From the sequence record NC_061450.1: a stretch of 64,000 bases of DNA; one strand, given 5' to 3'. How positions within the stretch are numbered: position 1 is the first letter of the stretch; every line of letters starts with the position of its first letter. Below the pieces are notes generated by a model. That model was not told the DNA's origin. It ran no database searches and was given only the letters and a program-made list of their open reading frames with translations. Of this stretch, positions 53,946 to 61,186 are shown in pieces. Position numbers and translations under genes: made by a program.

Positions 53946-54276
53946 AGTATTGCACATTGGTCAGTTCGGTATTCATCTAACGCAGCCTGAGCCAACCGCT
54001 GATCGCGTTAACGATATGCGCCTGAACAGCAAGCGTGTTGGTGAGCTGGTGGGATTTCTCAATGAGCGTATTGTGGAGAAGACGTTTGGAGGAACATCCT
54101 CTCCAACTGTCACATGGCGGGAAGTCATTGGCGTACAGAGTTTTATCTACGGTGAACTCTATGTTTACGCCGAAGGCTTGCCTGAAAATGCCTGTGCTGC
54201 TGCTATCTCCGCAGTCCAAAGCGTGTGCAATCAATTCCAGTGCACCATGAAGTTCGAGCAGTTACACAAGTTTTAA
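53938..54276 (+). CDS. Hypothetical protein
   Basis: GGAG RBS. Confidence 0.75.
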   Translation: MPKVLHIGQFGIHLTQPEPTADRVNDMRLNSKRVGELVGFLNERIVEKTFGGTSSPTVTWREVIGVQSFIYGELYVYAEGLPENACAAAISAVQSVCNQFQCTMKFEQLHKF

Positions 54277-54302
54277 TCTTTTCTTCTCAGACAGGAGGTT
54301 GT

Positions 54303-54746
54303 ATGAATGACCAGATGGCTAGTGCTGTTGTGGAGATACGTGCGGTTACCCGCGAACCGGAATCAATCGACAGTGTGACGGACATGCACCACGTTGTTAT
54401 CTCTATGCATGAACGCATCGTTGAAAGCTCTTACGTGGTTCGCTGTACTTTGTCTGGCGTGTCCAGCAAGGGTCACCAGATAGCTTGCATCGTTAACGTC
54501 CGACCAATCGGCATCAAGCCTGAGGCTGAATTGCAGTATATGTTGCGTCGTGTTTGTCGTCATTTGAAACGCATGGCCAATGAAAGAAATCTCGGCTTCA
54601 CCGTCAGTCATTCAACTTATGATCTCTTTGTCGCACAGGAACACAAAAATGTCAAAGAAAGAAAATCGCCAAAAGCTCCACGCGCTAATCGTCGCGAACA
54701 TTCCACTCACACAACATTTGCTGCGGGAGTCCTTGCAGGAATCTGA
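54303..54746 (+). CDS. Hypothetical protein
   Basis: AGGAGGT RBS; 3' end overlaps next gene by 98 nt. Confidence 0.65.
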   Translation: MNDQMASAVVEIRAVTREPESIDSVTDMHHVVISMHERIVESSYVVRCTLSGVSSKGHQIACIVNVRPIGIKPEAELQYMLRRVCRHLKRMANERNLGFTVSHSTYDLFVAQEHKNVKERKSPKAPRANRREHSTHTTFAAGVLAGI

Positions 54747-55098
54747 GCAGGATGATGTAGCCGACATTGCACTCACCTTAGATCAGGGCCGTGCAGTGTT
54801 TCGCTTGACTGGTGAGCCAGGCATGATCGCTAACTCGTTTGAAGTCAAACTCTCCTGGAGCGAGAAGCAGGCCTATCGAATGAAGGTCAAGCCTCACAAG
54901 TACCTGCGTGAGAAAGTCAAAGAGACCGTCAAGCTGGCCAGTGACCGCACGTGGGGTGAGCATGATGACTCGTATGGCTTTAAGCAGGACAAGAAGCTGT
55001 ATAGTCGCGTCAGGGAAGAGCTGGTGGACAGTATGCTGCGTGCTTTTGTTAGTGACCGTGTCCGTACATTGTTTAAGGAGTTTAATGATGGAATTTAA
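54649..55098 (+). CDS. Hypothetical protein
   Basis: CAGGA RBS, ATG 54649. Confidence 0.7.
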   Translation: MSKKENRQKLHALIVANIPLTQHLLRESLQESEQDDVADIALTLDQGRAVFRLTGEPGMIANSFEVKLSWSEKQAYRMKVKPHKYLREKVKETVKLASDRTWGEHDDSYGFKQDKKLYSRVREELVDSMLRAFVSDRVRTLFKEFNDGI

Positions 55099-55366
55099 AG
55101 ACCTGCCGTTGAAAGTTCAAGTCATTGTCATGATGATGCACAGCATCGGTGTTTTGGAATCACTGTGTGAGTCGCAGAATCTGACTCAAAAGGATTTTGA
55201 AAACGTGGTTGCCGAAACTTACGCCGCCATAGGTGTTGAGGCCGACTATATGAAGCAACTCATTGATGGCCTGACTGCGGAAGAAGAACGGCTGATGAAT
55301 GACTACCTCGATGATCACAACATGGAAGTTGAAGAAGACAACAGCAACGAACCAAAGGTACATTAA
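55088..55366 (+). CDS. Hypothetical protein
   Basis: TAAGGAG RBS. Confidence 0.7.
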   Translation: MEFKDLPLKVQVIVMMMHSIGVLESLCESQNLTQKDFENVVAETYAAIGVEADYMKQLIDGLTAEEERLMNDYLDDHNMEVEEDNSNEPKVH

Positions 55367-56349
55367 TGAAACATGTTTCTCTTCCCAAGCACGACGATAC
55401 CACACGCGCTCTGTTGATTGATGGCCCAGTTTACGAAGGCTGGCTGATCTACGTTCCTTGCCGTTTGTCCAATGACAGAGAGCTGCAAATTCCCGTTGCA
55501 TCCCGTGAGGGGTATGGTATTCACACTCGCAAGCAACCTATTCTCTTAATACCCGCACACGCCAAACCAGAACTAGCCATTGCTACTTTGCAGATACGTC
55601 GCATAGTGCATACCAAGAACTTGATGGAAGATACACCTCACTGCCATATCGATGATGCCGTTGCGATTGACCTGACAAGCTACCGCGCAGGCTTGGGAGA
55701 AGCAAGCACGCGCACAGGACGATTCGCATATGTCTGGCCTCATGGGCGTGAGAAAAGTTTAGCGACAGGACGCGCTATTCATGAACTGCGAATCGGAGCA
55801 GAATCCATTCACCATCCTGAGCTTGATGCAATTGAGCAGGCAGATATGGACGCTGCCCAGGCGGAACTTGATTTGCACAAGAGCTGGAAGAAGTTGTATT
55901 GTGACCACATCACAGGGCGCCTGACTATCGTGCTGCCTGGGATCGACACTGTTACAACCTATGCAGGCCAAGACTTGGATGAAATGCCCTTGGTATACTG
56001 CAAGTATATGCACACCGGTGCGGGTCGTGGACTAAACTCCGATGCCTTTAGTACCGACTATGCCGCCAAGCTGGCTCCAGTACGCCACGAGCTTATTCAG
56101 TTTATTGAAATGCTGAGTGGCATGTCCGCGATGGTAAGCAATGATATCGAGTTTACCTATGACGGCGCCACTCCTTCGATCACGTTCAAGCACAAGGACA
56201 AACGTCTTGACCTGCGCGTTAACGATCTGCCTATGATTGGCCGCTTCCTTGTAGTTGACCCAAGCAAGGAAGATTTCGATAGCATGTTGACGACGTATGA
56301 AACCCTGACTCTGGCTATTAACTCAATCACCACGAGGTTGACACAATGA
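55366..56349 (+). CDS. Hypothetical protein
   Basis: 327 aa; TAATG coupling. Confidence 0.75.
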   Translation: MKHVSLPKHDDTTRALLIDGPVYEGWLIYVPCRLSNDRELQIPVASREGYGIHTRKQPILLIPAHAKPELAIATLQIRRIVHTKNLMEDTPHCHIDDAVAIDLTSYRAGLGEASTRTGRFAYVWPHGREKSLATGRAIHELRIGAESIHHPELDAIEQADMDAAQAELDLHKSWKKLYCDHITGRLTIVLPGIDTVTTYAGQDLDEMPLVYCKYMHTGAGRGLNSDAFSTDYAAKLAPVRHELIQFIEMLSGMSAMVSNDIEFTYDGATPSITFKHKDKRLDLRVNDLPMIGRFLVVDPSKEDFDSMLTTYETLTLAINSITTRLTQ

Positions 56350-56732
56350 AAACTTATGACCCACGTTCAAAGCTGATTCGTACCAATAAGTCTGGACAAG
56401 CGCTGGTGGACGTTGCAGTGGGTGAAGACACCCAGACGGTTGCTTTTACCGTACCCAACGTTGTTATCGTTGCTGCTGTTGGTGAGTCGAGTAGTTGGTC
56501 CGGTCAGAAGTTCGATGGCTATGCTTACCTGCCAAATGCCGAAGCACTTAACGCATTTCGTGCGCATCTTGAAAAGACCAAGACGTATGAGGAGTATTCG
56601 TTTATCGTTGACGTAAGCCTCAAAGCTATCACGTCAGAGGGGATTGAGGTCATGCGTAGCAAGCTCACAGAATGCCCAGATCGTCCATGGCTGTGGGTAA
56701 ACACTGATTTCTCATGCAAGCTGTGGGACTAA
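56346..56732 (+). CDS. Hypothetical protein
   Basis: GAGGT RBS, ATGA overlap. Confidence 0.75.
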   Translation: MKTYDPRSKLIRTNKSGQALVDVAVGEDTQTVAFTVPNVVIVAAVGESSSWSGQKFDGYAYLPNAEALNAFRAHLEKTKTYEEYSFIVDVSLKAITSEGIEVMRSKLTECPDRPWLWVNTDFSCKLWD

Positions 56733-56737
56733 AAGCT

Positions 56738-56790
56738 GCAAATTGCTGGTCAAAATAGCTGTTGAACAAAAAGCTGTGTTTTGATAGAAT
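56738..56790 (+). promoter_or_regulatory. Promoter with conserved upstream box, copy 7
   Basis: GCAAATTGCTGGTCAAAA-6nt-TTGAAC-17nt(TGA)-TAGAAT. Confidence 0.8.
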
Positions 56791-56821
56791 AGTAGTGGGA
56801 GGGCATTCAGCCTTCTCACTA

Positions 56822-56844
56822 TACAACGTCTGAGGAGACGCACA
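56822..56844 (+). repeat. 23-bp RBS cassette, copy 1
   Basis: TACAACGTCTGAGGAGACGCACA, identical at 57308-57330. Confidence 0.9.
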
Positions 56845-57273
56845 GTGACTCGAATGAATGAACGCCAGAAACACGAAGCACGTAATTCAGACCCATACGA
56901 TTGGCACAACCTGGAAATTGATATCACCAAGCTGTTGTTGCTTGCCGAAGATAAAAGAAAGTCTGTGGTATTTGCACCGATGAACTTATTTCCCAAGTTC
57001 ACCGAGTACAACAATCTAGGCTACGTGTTGCACCAGCTCAATGATTTTCGTCTGAGTTCTTTAATGACTGAAAATGAGCGAATCAAAGGTCACTGGATTG
57101 CGACTGACGGTGATCATCTGGACTACGTTATTTTTCTGCGTCTGCCAGATGCAAACACCGAAGTAGATGTGTTTGACCCGCGTGACAGAGAGTTGGTCAA
57201 GGGGCGTATGCTTTCTCCTACCTTCCTGTGTATGCCTGAGAACTTCGATCTGTTTAAAACAGAAAGCCGCTAA
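56845..57273 (+). CDS. Hypothetical protein
   Basis: GAGGAG RBS, GTG start. Confidence 0.75.
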   Translation: MTRMNERQKHEARNSDPYDWHNLEIDITKLLLLAEDKRKSVVFAPMNLFPKFTEYNNLGYVLHQLNDFRLSSLMTENERIKGHWIATDGDHLDYVIFLRLPDANTEVDVFDPRDRELVKGRMLSPTFLCMPENFDLFKTESR

Positions 57274-57307
57274 ACATCCGATGCCTGCTTATGCGGGCAT
57301 TATCAAG

Positions 57308-57330
57308 TACAACGTCTGAGGAGACGCACA
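57308..57330 (+). repeat. 23-bp RBS cassette, copy 2
   Basis: Identical to 56822-56844. Confidence 0.9.
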
Positions 57331-57840
57331 ATGAGTGAGACTATGAACCACCAGTTTGATGACGAGTCGCAAGTTGCAATCAACACCGCTGTTCAGGAGG
57401 TGCGCAACATTCTTGCCGAGACACCTGTGGCTCCAATTGATATCGCAATTGCAGGTGCTCGTGTTTATCTGACAGTTGCCGAGCATCTTGGTGGTCACCC
57501 GCTTGATGTGCGTTTCGTACATGACAACAAAATTGTTAGCATGGCAATGCGTGTTACTACCGTGCCTAGTGACCAAGAGTTCGAAGCCAACGGCATTAAC
57601 ATCGAACATCAAAAGATGTTGACGATGGCTATCATGGATGGATTCGACAAGGCTGTTGAACTGGAAGTCATCAGCGGTTATGAGCAGGGCGCGATGTTTG
57701 TTGCTGCCTTGCGTGTGTTGTATATGGGATTGGTTGAAGACCCAAGTGTTAAGGAACTTAGATTCCGACACAGCCAGAAAAACAACGTGATCAACATTTT
57801 AAATCCTGCCAGAGGAAACTCCGAAAATGAGAACGGTTAA
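57331..57840 (+). CDS. Hypothetical protein
   Basis: GAGGAG RBS. Confidence 0.8.
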   Translation: MSETMNHQFDDESQVAINTAVQEVRNILAETPVAPIDIAIAGARVYLTVAEHLGGHPLDVRFVHDNKIVSMAMRVTTVPSDQEFEANGINIEHQKMLTMAIMDGFDKAVELEVISGYEQGAMFVAALRVLYMGLVEDPSVKELRFRHSQKNNVINILNPARGNSENENG

Positions 57841-58015
57841 CGATATTATCAAGGTGCTGAAAGAGCAGCGAGTAGTTACCATCCCACAGAGTCAGAGCAG
57901 CATTGTTCCTGACCTGTGCTTCACACTTGACGTGTGGTGCATTCCTCACCGTCGTCGTGATGTAGACAGCTTACAACATGGCCGTCAGGTGCGTATTGAA
58001 CTGCGGAATAGTTAA
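57827..58015 (+). CDS. Small hypothetical protein
   Basis: GAGGA RBS, 62 aa. Confidence 0.55.
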   Translation: MRTVNDIIKVLKEQRVVTIPQSQSSIVPDLCFTLDVWCIPHRRRDVDSLQHGRQVRIELRNS

Positions 58016-58102
58016 GCAGCGTTTGGCCCAGCAATTTGGGCCATTCTTTTAAGTGTTGTTCAAGACAGCATTTAGACGAATATTAACCTGCTATCAGAAT
58101 CT

Positions 58103-58155
58103 ACAAATACGTGGACAAAAGACGCGTTGTATCACGTTACTGATTGTGAGATAAT
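58103..58155 (+). promoter_or_regulatory. Promoter with conserved upstream box, copy 8
   Basis: ACAAATACGTGGACAAAA-6nt-TTGTAT-17nt(TGA)-GATAAT. Confidence 0.7.
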
Positions 58156-58161
58156 AGACGT

Positions 58162-58374
58162 GCAGTATGAGACGTGAGGAATCGTACTGTAATTGACTGA
58201 CAACTCTTTGGGCGTACAATCGGCCATCAACATTCCTGTGATTGTACGCTCCTTTTTCAAGTGGCTTTGAAGTTTAAGGCTACTTGCGAAAGGGTTCGAT
58301 ACCCTTTGAGCGCTGCCGGATTTACGCGGTTTTCACCGACAGTGCTCTCATGCTAAACCGCAAAGGAAATAACC
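58162..58374 (+). ncRNA. Candidate structured leader / ncRNA with T-loop hairpin and pseudoknot
   Basis: Five hairpins read by eye; TTCGATA loop on AAAGGG/CCCTTT stem; GCGGTTT loop complementary to AAACCGC next to RBS. Confidence 0.55.
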
Positions 58375-58947
58375 ATGCCAGAATTACGCAAGCCTCGTCC
58401 AGCAGATAAATTCTCTCAGGCACGCGCTGCAAAGAACTCTCCTGAAAGGCAAGAAGCCGCTGCGCAAAAGAAAATCTCACGCGGGCCTAAAGCATCTGGT
58501 CCTCGTCGCAATGCTATGCAGTTAGAATCGCCGACTAAGATTCGCGATGAAGAACGTGTGTTGAATCTTGTGCTGTTTATTCTACGCGGCTGGAAACAAG
58601 CAAAGGCTGATAGTGAAGCCAGCGCCTCACAGGGCATTATCAAAGTGAGTCGCAAGGAAATTGAAATCGCATTGCGTGATCTTAAAAACACGCGCTTCAC
58701 TAAAATCCCGACGTTGATTAATGACGTGCTGGTCTATAACGAAATCGTTGCCGAGTTCGGACAGTGGGTGTATGTCGAGCACGACCATCCAGACTGGATG
58801 TTCATCTTAACGCCTCCGAGTGAGACGTTGGTAACGCGCTGCCGCATTCGTCGCAACAAAGAGACAGGCGACCTGACGCAACTTATTGCAAGTGAAGCGT
58901 TGCTGCCTGTAGAGGACGAATATGAAGAAGACGAGGAGAAAGAATAA
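58375..58947 (+). CDS. Hypothetical protein (basic N-terminus, acidic C-terminus)
   Basis: AAGGA RBS. Confidence 0.8.
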   Translation: MPELRKPRPADKFSQARAAKNSPERQEAAAQKKISRGPKASGPRRNAMQLESPTKIRDEERVLNLVLFILRGWKQAKADSEASASQGIIKVSRKEIEIALRDLKNTRFTKIPTLINDVLVYNEIVAEFGQWVYVEHDHPDWMFILTPPSETLVTRCRIRRNKETGDLTQLIASEALLPVEDEYEEDEEKE

Positions 58948-59237
58948 TGACTATTCAAACTCCTGCTGTTGTTGCTGAGTCGCTGGTGCATAACGCCCAA
59001 AATTATTTTGGGATCAAAGGTAAGTCCTGTACGCGATTTTCAACGACAGAGAAAAACATTCTGTTGCTGAGTGGTCATAATCGCTATCTTCCTGACGACT
59101 ATGTTGACCAGCTCAAGCGTTCTTTTCACGATATTGATTGGCTGATGTTTAAAGTTGGCACTGACGACTATGCTTTTTTAAGTCTCAGTCAAACCAAAAA
59201 CTGGTCGCGTCTGTCAATGAAATATCTCGATAAATAA
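58947..59237 (+). CDS. Hypothetical protein
   Basis: TAATG coupling. Confidence 0.7.
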   Translation: MTIQTPAVVAESLVHNAQNYFGIKGKSCTRFSTTEKNILLLSGHNRYLPDDYVDQLKRSFHDIDWLMFKVGTDDYAFLSLSQTKNWSRLSMKYLDK

Positions 59238-59249
59238 TTCCTGACAAAT

Positions 59250-59474
59250 AAGAGGGCATCGCATCAGGTGCCACGATTATAAACTGCAAGCGATTTGCTG
59301 GCCCCTGTGCTTACCCACATCCCCCAAGATACAGAGTTGCATTGGGTGCCGGCTCTTTTTTGAAGTGTTCTGCGAGAGAGCGCTTCACAAAGGTATAGTC
59401 CATGATTGTTTCACTTAGACTGCTTATCGTCTCTATGTCCGATGATACGCGTGGCGATAAGCAGTCACTTTTTT
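59250..59474 (+). ncRNA. Candidate structured non-coding RNA block with two U-tract-terminated stems
   Basis: No ORF; stems 59250-60/59345-57 (+U6), 59362-71/59377-86, 59418-31/59453-66 (+U6). Confidence 0.45.
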
Positions 59475-59502
59475 ACAGAGCATCAACCAGTCTGTGTTCT
59501 GT

Positions 59503-59555
59503 GCAAAAGCGTGGTCAAAATAGCTGTTGTGTTTGACCAGTCTTTATCGTACCAT
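59503..59555 (+). promoter_or_regulatory. Promoter with conserved upstream box, copy 9
   Basis: GCAAAAGCGTGGTCAAAA-6nt-TTGTGT-17nt-TACCAT. Confidence 0.75.
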
Positions 59556-59615
59556 ATAAACAGTTGAGCAATAGTGCTCAACACATTGCATATACTAATA
59601 CTGAGGAGTATTAAC

Positions 59616-61124
59616 ATGGCTCGTATCGAAACTTCTACTAACCTGATTGGCAAAACTATCACTCTGCTGGACGGCACCAAAGCTAAAATCACTGGCGCCA
59701 TCGCTAGTGGTTATCAGCACGACAAAGGCACCAAGCGCATCCCAACCCGTTGCGTCGTTAAGAAAGGCAGTGGTTTTGCTGAAATCGAAAAGCTGCCTAT
59801 GTCGCAACTGACTGACACTGGCGAAGGTTATGTTGAGCGTAAAGCAACCGCTGCCAAGCCTGCTGCTAAAACTTCGAAAGCAGCCAAGACCACTAAGGTG
59901 GCCGCTAAAACTCCGCGTGCTGCTAAAACTGAAAAAGCCGTCAAGCCTTCTCGCAAGGCAAAAGCTGCCGAAGAGCCTGCCGAGCCACGCACTCGCGTTC
60001 GTCGTAAAAAATCAGCCGCTGCTGAGCCTGTAATGATTCAGGCAGTCGATGAAGATTTTGCTACCTCTCTGGCGCAGCGCCTGTTTGAGCACCTGAAAGA
60101 TAACGAACTGTTGCGCCTCAACACTGACAACGCAACGCCTGTAGCTAACGACTACGATCTGAAATACGGCGTAGAGTTCGCTGAGCCGAACATGATTCAC
60201 GTCACGCTGGGCATCGAATACGCCATGCCGCAGCCTGAGCCAGAAGCTGGCACTGACGTAGAGCTGGACGATGCAGTTGTTGCGCGTGCTGCTAAGAAAG
60301 TCGGCAAGACTGTTGGCAAGAAACTTGCCGCAGCGATCAAGAAAGCGTATGGCATCCCTGCTGCTGAGTTCCTGCCGGGCACCGTGCTGTCACTCAACGA
60401 AGCCCAGTTCATCTACTGCGGCCCGTCGAAAGATGATGCAGACACTGCGTATCTGTACAGCGCCGAAACTGATAAGTTCCGTCCTGTGACTTCTGTCAAT
60501 CTGTCCAAGTATGAGCTGGTCATGGACGATGAAGAGGCAGAAGAGGAAGAGGAAGAGGAAGAAGAGGACGAAGAAGAAGAGGACGTCGCTGATGATTCTT
60601 CCGATGAATATACCTACGTCTCTGTGACTAAGCAGCATCTGGCAGACGTTAGCAAAAGCGTGACCGCCAAGTATCACCAGAAGATGGCTGATATGTGGGG
60701 CATCGATGCAGACGTGCTGGTCCCTGGTCTGGTACTGTCAGATGGCGAAACAACATTCGCATACGTCGGCTTCAACAGCAAAGGCGCGTTAATCGTTATC
60801 GACCCAGAAGATGGCGAACTGATGATCTACAAGAAAGCCGACGTTGACACGCTGACCGACTTCGCTGCTGTTATCGGCGATGAGGGCGAAGAAGAAGCAG
60901 AAGACGACGCCGAAGAAGAAGAAGATGGCGACGACGAAGAAGAGGAAGAGGAAGAAGAGGAAGGCGAAGACGACGACTTTGATTTCTCTGATGACGACAA
61001 CGAAGACTTCTCTGACCTGAACCACGACGAGCTGGTGGACAAAGTGACTGAGCTGGGTCTGGCCAAGCCACGCGCTGCTGCTAAAATGTCAGAAGAAGAC
61101 CTGCGCGAACTTCTGTCTAACTAA
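59616..61124 (+). CDS. Modular protein with histone-H1-like K/A-rich linker, acidic tracts and duplicated domain
   Basis: GAGGAG RBS, ATG 59616; AAKPAAKTSKAAKTTK linker; two PG(T/L)VLS modules; poly-E tracts. Confidence 0.85.
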   Translation: MARIETSTNLIGKTITLLDGTKAKITGAIASGYQHDKGTKRIPTRCVVKKGSGFAEIEKLPMSQLTDTGEGYVERKATAAKPAAKTSKAAKTTKVAAKTPRAAKTEKAVKPSRKAKAAEEPAEPRTRVRRKKSAAAEPVMIQAVDEDFATSLAQRLFEHLKDNELLRLNTDNATPVANDYDLKYGVEFAEPNMIHVTLGIEYAMPQPEPEAGTDVELDDAVVARAAKKVGKTVGKKLAAAIKKAYGIPAAEFLPGTVLSLNEAQFIYCGPSKDDADTAYLYSAETDKFRPVTSVNLSKYELVMDDEEAEEEEEEEEEDEEEEDVADDSSDEYTYVSVTKQHLADVSKSVTAKYHQKMADMWGIDADVLVPGLVLSDGETTFAYVGFNSKGALIVIDPEDGELMIYKKADVDTLTDFAAVIGDEGEEEAEDDAEEEEDGDDEEEEEEEEEGEDDDFDFSDDDNEDFSDLNHDELVDKVTELGLAKPRAAAKMSEEDLRELLSN

Positions 61125-61186
61125 TCGAACAACCGGGCGCCCGCCGCAGGGCGCTTAACTCATTTCATATTCTGGAGACTTACGAT

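Noticed and set aside
54649-54746. 98-nt overlap as a programmed frameshift or dual-coding region
   Set aside because: Both genes have their own RBS and no slippery heptamer was seen; a stop-loss extension of the upstream gene is simpler
58240-58320. Canonical tRNA gene suggested by GGTTCGATACC
   Set aside because: No D-arm, no 7-bp acceptor stem, no standard anticodon loop or CCA; kept only as a tRNA-like structured RNA candidate
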